In this document: positions 19,054 to 29,343 of the stretch, one piece after another
Position numbering within the stretch: the first letter of the stretch is position 1
Layout of the letters: each line of letters opens with the position of its first letter
Assembly: GCA_964645855.1 (NCBI GenBank)
Contig: CAZYDF010000007.1
Coordinates: forward strand, 6,722-70,721
DNA length: 64,000 bases
DNA from: an uncultured Terracidiphilus sp.
GTDB lineage: Bacteria; Acidobacteriota; Terriglobia; Terriglobales; Acidobacteriaceae
Direction: 5' to 3'
The notes under the pieces: generated by a model
The model's input: the letters and a program-made list of their open reading frames with translations, nothing else
Database searches by the model: none
Told to the model about the DNA's origin: nothing
Program-made: the position numbers and the translations under genes

Positions 19054-22000
19054 ATGTGGATTGTGCTGCTTGCGCTCAGACGGCCTTATACTTTTGTCGT
19101 CGGCGCGCTTTTGATTCTGATCCTTGGTTGCTTCAGCATCCTGCAGATGCCGACGGATATCTTTCCCAACATCGATATCCCGGTGGTCAGCATCATTTGG
19201 AGCTATAACGGCCTCTCCGCCCAGGAGATCTCCGACCGGATCATTACCCAGACCGAGCGCTCGCTGACCACCACGGTCAGCGACATTGAGCACATCGAGT
19301 CGCAATCGCTTGCCGGCGTCGGCATCATCAAGGTCTACTTCCAGCCCCACGTGAACATTGGCAACGCCGTGGCCCAGGTAACCGCCATCAATCAGGTGCA
19401 GTTGCGTTCCCTGCCTGCCGGCGCCACGCCCCCGTTGATCCTCCAATACAACGCCTCCACGGTTCCCATTCTGCAGCTGGGCGTGAGCGATCCTGCCCTG
19501 AACGAGCAGCAGCTGTTTGACGCCTCCAACAACACCATCCGCGTGCAGCTGGCCACCATTGAAGGCGCCATGACCCCGTTCCCCTATGGCGGCAAGATGC
19601 GCCAGGTGATGGTGGATCTGGATCTGGCGGCGCTGCAGGCCAAGGGTCTTTCGCCGGCCGACGTGGTTTCGGCCTTCGGCGCCCAGAATCTGATTGCCCC
19701 CTCGGGCACCATGAAGATCGACCGCTTTGAGTACACGGTTGAAACCAACTCCGCGCCGCGGGTTGTGGACGAGCTGAACAACCTGCCCATCAAGCAGGTG
19801 AACGGCGCCACCATCTATGTGCGCGACGTGGCCCACGTGCGCGATGGCAATCCCCCGCAGACCAACGTGGTGCGTGTGGACGGCCGCCATGCCGTGGTGA
19901 TGAGCATCATGAAGACCGGCTCAGCCTCCACGCTGGACATTATTGAGAGCGTGCACACCAAGATCGACAATGCTCTGCACCGCAATCTGCTGCCGCCGGG
20001 GATGAAGGTGGTTTCGCTCACCGATCAGTCCATCTTTGTGCGCAGCGCCGTCAACGGCGTAGTGAAGGAAGCCATCATCGCCGCCTGTCTGACGGCCATC
20101 ATGATCTTGATCTTCCTGGGCAGCTGGCGCTCCACGGTCATCATCGCCATCTCCATCCCGCTGTCGATCCTCTGCTCCTTCATCGCCCTCTACGGCCTGG
20201 GCCAGACCATCAACATCATGACCCTGGGAGGCATGGCGCTGGCCGTGGGCATTCTTGTAGATGACGCCACGGTGGCCATTGAGAACATCAATCGCTTCCT
20301 GGAAGAGGGCAAGGATCTGGAGGGAGCCATCATCGAGGGCTCCGCGCAGATCGCGGTTCCAGCCTTCGTGTCAACACTCTCTATTTGCATTGTGTTTGTG
20401 CCCATGTTCTTTTTGAGCGGGGTGCCGCGCTACCTGTTTGTTCCCATGGCGGAGGCCGTGGTGTTTGCCATGCTGGCCAGCTACGCGCTCTCGCGGACGC
20501 TGGTGCCCACCATGGCCATGTACCTGCTCAAGGAGCACCACCAAGACGGCGGCCCACGCCCCAGCCGCAACCCCCTGGTACTCTTCCAGCGGCGCTTTGA
20601 GGCCGGCTTTGAGAGCTTCCGCTCCGGCTATCTGCAACTGCTCACGCTGGCCGTGGATCATGCCGGCGTCTTCCTGATCCTCTTCCTGGTGTTTGCCGTG
20701 GCCTCCATCGGCTGCCTGACCCCGTGGCTGGGGCAAGACTTCTTCCCCTCGGTCGATTCCGGTCAGTTCAAGATTCACGTGCGCGCCCACACCGGCATGC
20801 GCATTGAAGAAACCGCTCAGCTCTGCGACCAGATTGACAACGAGATCCGCCAGACGGTTCCGGCCAAAGAACTGGTCACCATTGTGGACAACATCGGCCT
20901 GCCCAACTCCAGCCTGAACCTGTCCTACACCACTTCAGCTCCGGTAGGACCGGCCGATGCCGACATTCAGGTGCAGTTGGCCGCCGAGCACCGCCCCACG
21001 GCCGAGTATCTGGACAAACTGCGCATCTCGCTGGCCCGCCAGTATCCCGGCGTCACCTTCTACGTGCTGCCGGTCGATATTGTCACGCAGATTCTGAACT
21101 TCGGTCTCTCCGCTCCCATCAACCTGCAGGTGATTGGGCGCGATCAGGAGGGCAATCGCAATTTGGCCAATCGCCTTCTGGATGAAACGCGCCAGGTTCC
21201 GGGCATTACCGACGCCCGCATCCAGCAGCCCTTCAACCAGCCCATGATGCGGGTCAACGTGGATCGCACCCGCGCGGAAGCCATCGGCCTGACCCAGCAA
21301 AACGTGGCGCAGAGCCTGTTGGTGAGTTTGAGCGGCAGCTTCCAGACCACGCCCAGCTTCTATCTGGACCCGCGCAACGGCGTCACCTACAGCGTGGTCA
21401 TCTCCGCCCCGCAGTACCGCATGGATTCGCTCAACGCGCTGCGCTCCATTCCCATCACCAGCGCCTCGCTGCCCAAGACGGTAAGCCCCACAGCGGACAC
21501 CGCCGCACCCGGCGCCATGCTGCCCACGGAGATTCTGGGCAACATGGTCGCCATTGCGCCCGGCGTGGAGCAGGGTCTGGTAAGCCACTACGACGTGGAG
21601 CCGGTGGTGGACATCTTTGCCAACGTGGAAGGGTCGGATCTGGGCACCGTCTCCCGCAAGCTCCAAACGATCGTCGACAACCACGAAAAGGATCTGCCCA
21701 AGGGCTCGCACTTTGTGCTGCGCGGGCAGAGCGACACCATGTACAGGTCCTACAGGGGCCTGCTCATCGGACTGGTGTTCTCCATCCTGCTGGTCTACCT
21801 GCTCATTGTGGTCAACTTCCAGTCGTGGCTGGACCCGTTCCTGATCATCAGCGCGCTGCCCGCGGCGCTGGCCGGCATTGTCTGGTTCCTGTTCCTCACC
21901 AACACACGGCTCAGCGTTCCGGCGCTGACCGGGGCCATCATGTGCATGGGCGTGGCCACGGCCAACTCCATTCTGGTGGTCAGCTTTGCGCGGGAGCAGC

Positions 22001-22362
22001 TGGATGTGCTGGTGGGCAATGCTCGCCAGGCCGCGCTGAACGCCGGCTTTGTCCGCCTGCGCCCGGTGCTGATGACCGCCCTGGCCATGATCATCGGCAT
22101 GGTGCCCATGTCGCTTGGTCTGGGCGATGGCGGCGAGCAGAACGCGCCGCTCGGCCGCGCCGTGATCGGCGGACTACTGCTGGCCACCGTGGCCACCCTC
22201 TTCTTTGTTCCTGCCTTCTTCAGCTTCCTGCACGGGCGCATTGAGCGCCGCAAGGCCGAGCGCGCGGCAATGCAGCGGGCCGCAGTCAACCTCACCGATG
22301 TCAGCATCGCTGATGCCAATATCAGAAATTTAGATGCGGCCATCGATCCGCTTTCGGAGTAG
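19054..22362 (+). CDS. RND efflux permease (AcrB/CusA family)
   Basis: DIFPNIDIP, GILVDDA.VAIEN, RLRPVLMT, APLGRAVIGGL. Confidence 0.92.
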   Translation: MWIVLLALRRPYTFVVGALLILILGCFSILQMPTDIFPNIDIPVVSIIWSYNGLSAQEISDRIITQTERSLTTTVSDIEHIESQSLAGVGIIKVYFQPHVNIGNAVAQVTAINQVQLRSLPAGATPPLILQYNASTVPILQLGVSDPALNEQQLFDASNNTIRVQLATIEGAMTPFPYGGKMRQVMVDLDLAALQAKGLSPADVVSAFGAQNLIAPSGTMKIDRFEYTVETNSAPRVVDELNNLPIKQVNGATIYVRDVAHVRDGNPPQTNVVRVDGRHAVVMSIMKTGSASTLDIIESVHTKIDNALHRNLLPPGMKVVSLTDQSIFVRSAVNGVVKEAIIAACLTAIMILIFLGSWRSTVIIAISIPLSILCSFIALYGLGQTINIMTLGGMALAVGILVDDATVAIENINRFLEEGKDLEGAIIEGSAQIAVPAFVSTLSICIVFVPMFFLSGVPRYLFVPMAEAVVFAMLASYALSRTLVPTMAMYLLKEHHQDGGPRPSRNPLVLFQRRFEAGFESFRSGYLQLLTLAVDHAGVFLILFLVFAVASIGCLTPWLGQDFFPSVDSGQFKIHVRAHTGMRIEETAQLCDQIDNEIRQTVPAKELVTIVDNIGLPNSSLNLSYTTSAPVGPADADIQVQLAAEHRPTAEYLDKLRISLARQYPGVTFYVLPVDIVTQILNFGLSAPINLQVIGRDQEGNRNLANRLLDETRQVPGITDARIQQPFNQPMMRVNVDRTRAEAIGLTQQNVAQSLLVSLSGSFQTTPSFYLDPRNGVTYSVVISAPQYRMDSLNALRSIPITSASLPKTVSPTADTAAPGAMLPTEILGNMVAIAPGVEQGLVSHYDVEPVVDIFANVEGSDLGTVSRKLQTIVDNHEKDLPKGSHFVLRGQSDTMYRSYRGLLIGLVFSILLVYLLIVVNFQSWLDPFLIISALPAALAGIVWFLFLTNTRLSVPALTGAIMCMGVATANSILVVSFAREQLDVLVGNARQAALNAGFVRLRPVLMTALAMIIGMVPMSLGLGDGGEQNAPLGRAVIGGLLLATVATLFFVPAFFSFLHGRIERRKAERAAMQRAAVNLTDVSIADANIRNLDAAIDPLSE

Positions 22363-22365
22363 CTC

Positions 22366-23580
22366 ATGAGCGACGTACACAATCAACATCCGCAGCCGGC
22401 CCCAGGGCCCAACTCTCCTGAGCCCTCCGCTCGCACCCTCTCGCCGCGTCTGGCTCTTGGCGGGCTGGGTATTGTCCTGGCTGTGCTGGTGGTTCTGGCC
22501 GTGGTGGGCATCACCGAGCGGCTGCATCAGCGCACGGTGTTGGCCGAGCACACCCGCGAGCAGGCAGCTCCGTCCATCTCCGTGGCCATGCCCAAGGCTG
22601 GCGCTCCGGTGAACAGCTTTGTGCTGCCCGGCAACGTGACGGCCTACACTGACTCGCCGATCTATGCGCGCACCTCCGGCTACCTGACCCGCTGGACCTT
22701 CGACATTGGGGCAAAGGTGAAGAAGGGCGCTCTGCTGGCCGAGATTTCAGCGCCGGAAGTGGACCAGCAACTGGCGCAGGCCCAGGCTGACCTGGCCACA
22801 GCGGAGGCCAACGCCACCCAGGCTCGCATGCAGGCGGAGCGCTACACCGGACTGGTGCACTCCAACGCCGTCTCCCATCAGGACACCGACACGTACATCA
22901 ATCAAGCCACGGCCACCGCTGCCGCCGTCCGCTCCCAACAGGCCAACGTGGCCCGCCTCAAGCAGGTGCAGTCGTACGAAAAGATCTATGCCCCCTTTGA
23001 CGGCGTGGTGACGGCACGCACCGTGGACACCGGCCAGCTCATCGACTCCGGCGCGGCCAAGGAACTCTTCCACCTGCAGGCCATCCAGACGCTGCGCGTT
23101 TATGCCAGCCTGCCCCAGACCTATGCGCCTACCGTAAAGCCGGGGTCCACCGTGGACCTGACCTTTGCCGAGCACCCCGGCCGCATCTTTCAGGGCAAGC
23201 TGGTCCGCTCCGCTGACGCCATTGATCCGGCCAGCCGCACCCTGCTGGTGGAAATCGACGTGGACAACAAGGGCGGCGAACTGCTGCCCGGCTCGCTGGC
23301 TGAAGTTCACTTCAAAACCCCCAATGCCACGCCGGTGATGGTCATTCCTTCTGCCGCGCTCATCTTTCGCAAGCAGGGCATGATGGTAGGCACGGTGGTG
23401 AACGGCAACCAGGCGCACCTGGCTCCGGTGGTCATCGGCGAAGACGACGGCGCGACCGTGCAGATTGTAAGCGGCCTAGCCATCACCGACCAGGTGATCC
23501 AGGACCCGCCCGACTCGCTGATTGAAGGCGAAACGGTCTTTGTTGCGCAAGCCGGCAAGCAGCCCGCTCAGGAGAAGTAG
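22366..23580 (+). CDS. RND periplasmic adaptor (membrane fusion protein)
   Basis: IYARTSGY, IYAPFDGVV, IDPASRTL. Confidence 0.9.
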   Translation: MSDVHNQHPQPAPGPNSPEPSARTLSPRLALGGLGIVLAVLVVLAVVGITERLHQRTVLAEHTREQAAPSISVAMPKAGAPVNSFVLPGNVTAYTDSPIYARTSGYLTRWTFDIGAKVKKGALLAEISAPEVDQQLAQAQADLATAEANATQARMQAERYTGLVHSNAVSHQDTDTYINQATATAAAVRSQQANVARLKQVQSYEKIYAPFDGVVTARTVDTGQLIDSGAAKELFHLQAIQTLRVYASLPQTYAPTVKPGSTVDLTFAEHPGRIFQGKLVRSADAIDPASRTLLVEIDVDNKGGELLPGSLAEVHFKTPNATPVMVIPSAALIFRKQGMMVGTVVNGNQAHLAPVVIGEDDGATVQIVSGLAITDQVIQDPPDSLIEGETVFVAQAGKQPAQEK

Positions 23581-23582
23581 CC

Positions 23583-25052
23583 ATGCGTCGATGTTCCAGC
23601 GTTGTTGCTCCGTTTGGCTGCGTTGTTCTGGCCACGCTGCTCTCCGGCTGCAAGCCCGTCGGTCCCAACTACGCCAAGCCCGCGACCATGGCTCCCTATG
23701 CCTATGGCGAGACCGGCGCCAGCGCGGTGGTGGCTCCGGCCAACCCGGCAGGCGGCGCATGGAGCGCGGCCAACCCCTCGGACGGCATGCTGCGCGGCAA
23801 GTGGTGGGAGATCTACCGGGACCCGCAACTCAACGCCCTTGAAGAGCGCGTTGCCACTGGCAACCAGAACCTGCGCCGCGCCGCGGAATCCTATCTGGCG
23901 GCGCGCGATCAGGTGGCCGCAACGCGCGCTGGGCTCTTCCCTACCGTCTCCGGCAGCGTCTCGCCCAGCCGCAGCGATCTCTCCACCAATCGCCCCTCGG
24001 CCAGTTCCACCGCCCACTACAACGATTACGTGCTGGGCACCCAGGCCAGCTGGGAGCCCGACTTCTGGGGCCGTATCCGCCGCTCCGTGGAGTCCGCCAG
24101 CGCGAGCGCCCAGGCCAGCGCCGCGGACCTGGCCACGCTCGACCTCAGCCTCCATGCCGAGCTGGCCGCGGATTACTTCCAGCTGCGTGGACTTGACGCC
24201 AGCGCGCAGTTGCTTGCCCAGACCATTTCCGCGCTGGAAGACCAGTTGCAGCTTACGCAGACGCGGCTGAACGGCGGTGTAGCCTCCGAGGCGGACGTGG
24301 CCCAGGCGCGCACCCAGTTGGAAACCGTGCGCGCGCAGCAGGTGGAGATTGGCGTGGCCCGCGCCCAGTTTGAGCACGCTCTGGCCACGCTCACCAACCA
24401 GAACGCCGCCGGCTTCACGTTGGCCACCAGCCCGCTGAATCTGACGCTGCCCAAGGTTCCGCTGGGTGTGCCCTCGCAACTGCTGGAGCGCCGCCCCGAC
24501 GTGGCCGCGGCCGAGCGTCGCGCCGCAGCGGCCAACGCCCAGATCGGCATCGCGGTCAGCGCCTTTTATCCTGACATTCCGCTCACCGCCGCCGGCGGCT
24601 TTGAGAGCGTGAACGTGGGCACCTGGCTCACCGGCCCCAGCGCGCTCTGGTCCTTGGGCGCAAAGGCCACAGAGCTGCTGTTTGACGCCGGCCAGCGACA
24701 CGCTGTCACCGACCAGGCCCGCCACAACTACGAGGCCCAGGCAGCCAGCTATCGCGCCACCGTGCTGGATGCCTTCAACGGCGTGGAAGACCAACTCTCC
24801 ACGCTGCGCGTGCTGGAGCAGGAGTCTACTGTCGAACAGCGCGCAGTGGCCAGCGCACAACACTCCTTTGACCTGGCCGACGAACGCTATCGGGGCGGCG
24901 TGACGGGTTATCTGGAAGTGCTCACGGCGGAGACGGCGCTTTTGAACAACCAGCGCACTGCCGTCGACCTGCAGACGCGGGAGTTCGTGGCCAGCGTCGG
25001 GCTTATCCGCACCCTGGGCGGCGGCTGGGACATCACGCAGTTGCCGAAATAA
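23583..25052 (+). CDS. NodT-family outer membrane efflux lipoprotein
   Basis: LSGC lipobox, WWEIY.DPQL, WEPDFWGR, PSQLLERRPD, LGGGW. Confidence 0.92.
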   Translation: MRRCSSVVAPFGCVVLATLLSGCKPVGPNYAKPATMAPYAYGETGASAVVAPANPAGGAWSAANPSDGMLRGKWWEIYRDPQLNALEERVATGNQNLRRAAESYLAARDQVAATRAGLFPTVSGSVSPSRSDLSTNRPSASSTAHYNDYVLGTQASWEPDFWGRIRRSVESASASAQASAADLATLDLSLHAELAADYFQLRGLDASAQLLAQTISALEDQLQLTQTRLNGGVASEADVAQARTQLETVRAQQVEIGVARAQFEHALATLTNQNAAGFTLATSPLNLTLPKVPLGVPSQLLERRPDVAAAERRAAAANAQIGIAVSAFYPDIPLTAAGGFESVNVGTWLTGPSALWSLGAKATELLFDAGQRHAVTDQARHNYEAQAASYRATVLDAFNGVEDQLSTLRVLEQESTVEQRAVASAQHSFDLADERYRGGVTGYLEVLTAETALLNNQRTAVDLQTREFVASVGLIRTLGGGWDITQLPK

Positions 25053-25165
25053 TCTTCTCCGCTCACGACCGATCAAAACATCGTAGCGCCGACTGTAGAG
25101 TAGGCCTCTGAAGATGAATATCAAGTTAGCTCAGGTTGGGTGGCCAAAGAGACGAACAGACATGG

Positions 25166-25307
25166 TTTTGTAAAAGGGCACGACTTCACAGGTTACGGAA
25201 GAACTCTGTTTTGAGCCGATTTCAGTTGAAAGGAACCCGCAGTGGCTGAAGCCCTCGTTGATTTTAGGCTACTTACGGCACGACTAAAGTCGTGCCCTGT
25301 TACAAAG
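25166..25307. repeat. REP cluster, family C (GGCACGACTAAAGTCGTGCC / GGCTGAAGCC)
   Basis: Palindromes shared with 29216-29311 and 59681-59792. Confidence 0.75.
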
Positions 25308-25396
25308 CAAGCAGCCTCATCGACAAATTAAAGGGTTGCTGGATCAACCTTGATATTCGTTTTTCTGAAATGGTGCAGACCTAAGTTTCCCAGGCG

Positions 25397-25438
25397 TCCC
25401 ACCCATTTCCGCAACAAACGCGGAAATGGATGGGGCAC
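25397..25438 (+). repeat. Palindromic REP, family B
   Basis: TCCCACCCATTTCCGC..GCGGAAATGGATGGGGCAC. Confidence 0.8.
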
Positions 25439-25466
25439 GAAAGTCTAGAACAAAAGGGAAAATTCT

Positions 25467-26696
25467 TTAGTGCGCGGGCCCTGCGCTCCCTGCCGGGGAG
25501 ACTTCGAAGACCGTAATCGGCATCTCCTGATCGCCTGGAACGAGTTCCAGCCCGAGCGTCTTCCGGAGAACGGCATTCACGCTGTCAAGGTCGTTTCCCG
25601 CGGCTTGGAAACGTGCATCGAAGGTTCCTTCGAGACCCGTCTGGTCGATCACGGGCGTTTCCAATCCGGTGGCCAACGCCCAGGCAAGATCCTTCATCGT
25701 CCCGTTCATCAAGAGGATGCCGTTATGCCAGGAGCCTCGCTTGACCGCGTGCGCTGAAGCCGACGGACTCAGCAGGCTCTTGCTCGACTGGGTGGCGCGC
25801 AGAATGTACTCCGGTTTGGTCAGGGTCTTTTGCTGCATCTGCAAGTGCAGTGCGCCGAGCACGGCCTGCTGGATGGCTGGTCTCATCGCAGCCTCCGGCA
25901 GTTCGCCAAGATTTACGCGCAGATCAAAGCGCCCTTCCGGCATCGATCCCTTCAGAACATAGCGATCCCCGAAAACATTGAAGATGTCGGTGAACAGGCC
26001 GTCCGCACTCTCTCCTAGAAGATCCGTTCCGGTGGGCGGGTGATTGTTCCTGGAGAGAGTTGCATCAGGCTTTGCCTTGCTGATCGACACGGAAAACAGG
26101 AGGCCCTCGGGAGCTGGAGCCGTCGGAGCACCGCCCTCGTTGAACGCCATGACTGGCTTGAAGGCGACGCTCTTCCCTGCTGCAAGCGCCTCAAGGTCCG
26201 GGGTGGTCACCGTATCCATCTCCGTGACCGCGGCTATCTTTCCGCTGGCATCGACGATGACCGCGGTGGGTCGCGCCTTGATTCCGTACCAGGCAAAAAC
26301 GCTGCCTGTGGGATCGACCCCAACCCAGCCAGACATTTTCTTCTTGGCCAGGAACCTCTCCACGTCCTTCTGCTCCTCGTCATCGATGGAGATGAACTGA
26401 AACTTGGCCGGATCGAGCGATGCCACCAGCTGATTGAAGTGCGGAAGGCCCGCCACGCAGGGCGAGCACCAGGTGGCCCAAAACTCCAGCACCACAACCT
26501 TCCCCTGCAGGCTTGCCCAATCGGCCTTGGCCTGCGCGGGCGTCTGCAGCAGGGTCAGCGGGCTCAACGGCGGAGCGGGCGTGCCCTTCTCCGGATACGC
26601 CCAGAGCGAGGCGGTCCCCAGCAGGAGGGCAAAGGCGGTCATCAGGCTGCCTCTCAGAGTTGCGCGAATACCAGCGCGGTCGTCGATCCTCAGCAT
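25467..26696 (-). CDS. TlpA-like thioredoxin fused to a TIGR03435-like domain
   Basis: EFWATWCSPC motif; C-terminal PVIDQTGLEG.FD...LGLEL; signal peptide. Confidence 0.75.
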   Translation of the reverse strand: MLRIDDRAGIRATLRGSLMTAFALLLGTASLWAYPEKGTPAPPLSPLTLLQTPAQAKADWASLQGKVVVLEFWATWCSPCVAGLPHFNQLVASLDPAKFQFISIDDEEQKDVERFLAKKKMSGWVGVDPTGSVFAWYGIKARPTAVIVDASGKIAAVTEMDTVTTPDLEALAAGKSVAFKPVMAFNEGGAPTAPAPEGLLFSVSISKAKPDATLSRNNHPPTGTDLLGESADGLFTDIFNVFGDRYVLKGSMPEGRFDLRVNLGELPEAAMRPAIQQAVLGALHLQMQQKTLTKPEYILRATQSSKSLLSPSASAHAVKRGSWHNGILLMNGTMKDLAWALATGLETPVIDQTGLEGTFDARFQAAGNDLDSVNAVLRKTLGLELVPGDQEMPITVFEVSPAGSAGPAH

Positions 26697-26803
26697 CTCG
26701 TTTCCTCCCGATGAATCGCGTCAATCCTACGCTCGAACGCAGCGCAACGAGAAGTGTATTCCACCCATCGCGCGCGAAGCGCGGTCTGCCGCACCGCAGG
26801 TGC

Positions 26804-29026
26804 CTAGCGCGAGATCGTGTCCAGGCGCACATGCGTGTAGGCCTGCGGCGGCACGTCGGCAAGCGGCAATCCTGGACCCTCCCACAGCAGCCGCGGCGCG
26901 CCTTCGCTGCGCGCATGGAGTCCTTCCAGATGGAGAGTGTGCCGGCCGGCACGCAAGCCCAGCGAACCGCGCTCGTAACGCATGGCGTTGCCGGGCGCGC
27001 CACAGACCTGCGCAAACGGCTCGCCGGTCTTCGCAATCTGCACGCCATCGATCACCAGCCGCGCCCCATCGCGCGCCAGCAGGTGGAAGGTGTAGCCGCC
27101 ATCCACAGGAACGTCGATATAGCCATCCCAGGAGGCAGCGTACTTTGGATAGCCGCCGGGGTCCGCGTGCAGTCCCGCGGCCTCGCCTTTATAGACCATC
27201 ATGGCCTTGGTCAGATCCGGCAACTCCGTCCACGAGCCGGGATAGATCTGCCAGGCCAGACCCGGCGTGGTCTGCGGCATCTTCTGCTGCGCTTCCTTCC
27301 ACTTGCCCACGGCCACCAGGCCCTGCGCGGCCCAGTCCTCGCCCTTCTTGCTCTCCACATGCAGCAGCACGCGGAAGCGGCCCGCGCCATCCTTGCCGTC
27401 GTACTCCGTGCCCAGCGCATCCGGGAAGCGATGCTTGACCTCGCGCCCCACAGCCCGCGTGCCATCGCCCAACAGCCACGTATAGCGCGCCCCGCGTATC
27501 AGGCGTGCTTTGAGGGTGACCTCCTGGCCTGGCGCAAACACCTCCGGCTCCACGGTAAAGGAGGCCACCGTCTCCGGCTCCGGCGCAAAGGTTGCGGGCT
27601 GCGCGCCTCCGCTCACCACCAGCGGCAGGTCGGCACTGCTCTCCGCGCGCCGCTGGCCCAGCTTCACATTGTCAAAGGTCACGTCGCTCACGTTGCCGGT
27701 AATGGAGGATGCCACCATCGGCGGCTGATCGAGCGCCCAGATGTTATGGAAGACAAACCCCTTCATCTCCGGTTGCTGCTGCTCCATCTGCACCAGGGAG
27801 TACCAGTTGTCCAAGAAAATATTTTCAAACGTATAGCTACTGTGCGAGCCGTGAGCGTTGTTTGCGCCCCACATGCCCAAGAGCGCAAAGGGCTGGCCGC
27901 AGGCGCCAATGCCGCCATGCAGCACGTCCACATCGCGCATGGTGAAGTTGCGCGAGTTGTAAATCTTCTGCGGCCATTGCGCGCGCACAATGTTCGAGAT
28001 CGACGTGGAGAGCTGGCTGTGCTCAATCAGAATGTTGGACACGTCGTGACCGGGACGGAGCAGGTCGGCCTGGGAGTAGCCGTCCCAGTTGCCGAGCATG
28101 GCAAACACGTCGTCGGAGGCGCGCAGGAAAGAGTTCCGCACCACCGCATCGCCGCCGCCCAGCCAATCCATTCCGTCCTGATTGGCGTTGCCCGGATTGC
28201 CGCCCATCACGCGCAGATCGTCGTAGACAAAGCCGGTGGAGTCCTTCATCTGGATGGACCAGGTGCGCGCCCGCACCACACAAGTGAGGCCCTGAATCTG
28301 CACATTGTGGGCCTCCAGAGCGCCAATGCAATGCCAGTCCGGCCGCTGCATCCAGCCTTCGTCGCTTTTGGGGTCCTGGGTGCCCTCGTACACAATGGTG
28401 CCGCGGCCAAAGACGCGCACATCGTGCACCTTCCACAGGTTCAGGCTGCCGTAGATGACCACGCCGGGCGCCAGATAGATGCTTTCGCCGCTCCTGGGGT
28501 TCAGGCTGCCGTGATAAACGCCGGGCATGAAGGCATGGATTCTGGAGTCGCGCGGCAGGGGTTGCGGAGTGCCCGCAAACAGAAACAGCATGGCCGCATG
28601 GCTCAGAAAATCGCGGGGGCGGGAGATGGCGATCTTGGCCGGCACCTCCAAACGGAAGCGCAACGTTGCGCCCTTGCGTTCCGGCCGGATGCCCAGCCGC
28701 CAGGGCTCCACATCCACGCCGGCATTCCAGAAGTCGGGGTCGGCGGCGGTCACCTCCACGATTACCGGGCCAACGATGTCAAAGCTGGCAAACTCCAGGC
28801 TGGCGGCGGCGTGGGCCACATCCACTGGCATGCCGTTCACCTTCACCGTAAAGACCTGGGAGCGCATCTCCTGCGGCACCGGAACCGGCTCCACGCGGGG
28901 CGCAGCCCGCAGCACGAAGGGCAGGCCACACCATGCCAGCATCAACCAACACGAACAATTCAGACGCAACCTTTTTGCTCCCGCAATCGGCAAATTGTAC
29001 CGAGTCAACTCTAGCACCGGAGCCAT
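26804..29026 (-). CDS. Secreted beta-helix glycoside hydrolase (GH28/GH49-like) with PKD and PA14 domains
   Basis: NQDGMD...RASDD motif; YTWLLGDG (PKD); W.GYIDVP.DG.YTF.L..RDGARL.IDG (PA14). Confidence 0.7.
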   Translation of the reverse strand: MAPVLELTRYNLPIAGAKRLRLNCSCWLMLAWCGLPFVLRAAPRVEPVPVPQEMRSQVFTVKVNGMPVDVAHAAASLEFASFDIVGPVIVEVTAADPDFWNAGVDVEPWRLGIRPERKGATLRFRLEVPAKIAISRPRDFLSHAAMLFLFAGTPQPLPRDSRIHAFMPGVYHGSLNPRSGESIYLAPGVVIYGSLNLWKVHDVRVFGRGTIVYEGTQDPKSDEGWMQRPDWHCIGALEAHNVQIQGLTCVVRARTWSIQMKDSTGFVYDDLRVMGGNPGNANQDGMDWLGGGDAVVRNSFLRASDDVFAMLGNWDGYSQADLLRPGHDVSNILIEHSQLSTSISNIVRAQWPQKIYNSRNFTMRDVDVLHGGIGACGQPFALLGMWGANNAHGSHSSYTFENIFLDNWYSLVQMEQQQPEMKGFVFHNIWALDQPPMVASSITGNVSDVTFDNVKLGQRRAESSADLPLVVSGGAQPATFAPEPETVASFTVEPEVFAPGQEVTLKARLIRGARYTWLLGDGTRAVGREVKHRFPDALGTEYDGKDGAGRFRVLLHVESKKGEDWAAQGLVAVGKWKEAQQKMPQTTPGLAWQIYPGSWTELPDLTKAMMVYKGEAAGLHADPGGYPKYAASWDGYIDVPVDGGYTFHLLARDGARLVIDGVQIAKTGEPFAQVCGAPGNAMRYERGSLGLRAGRHTLHLEGLHARSEGAPRLLWEGPGLPLADVPPQAYTHVRLDTISR

Positions 29027-29215
29027 CTTTGCAGCTCCGCTCTATCCGAGGCTGAAGGAGCTGAACGCGGTGGCGAAGAAGTAGCGAGTTAGCAAGTCAG
29101 CGGGTGAGTGCATGCGCAGGTTAGGATGCTCCCGCGGACTTGCTGCTAGTGTAATGTCTCAGTCCTGGCGTCTTTTGTCCGCGCCCCACAATGAGCCAAA
29201 CGGGGTGGTCAGCAT

Positions 29216-29311
29216 TCCCTCGGGGGCTAAAGCCCTCTTGATTTTGCAGGCCTTACGTACGTACGGGCTAAAGCCCGTACCCTTCAAAACTAAAGCCCGT
29301 ACCCTTCAAAA
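29216..29311 (+). repeat. REP cluster, family C (GGGCTAAAGCCC units)
   Basis: GGGGCTAAAGCCC; TACGGGCTAAAGCCCGTA; duplicated CTAAAGCCCGTACCCTTCAAAA. Confidence 0.75.
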
Positions 29312-29343
29312 CGGATAAACGATCATCTGCTTGAGACACTCCA

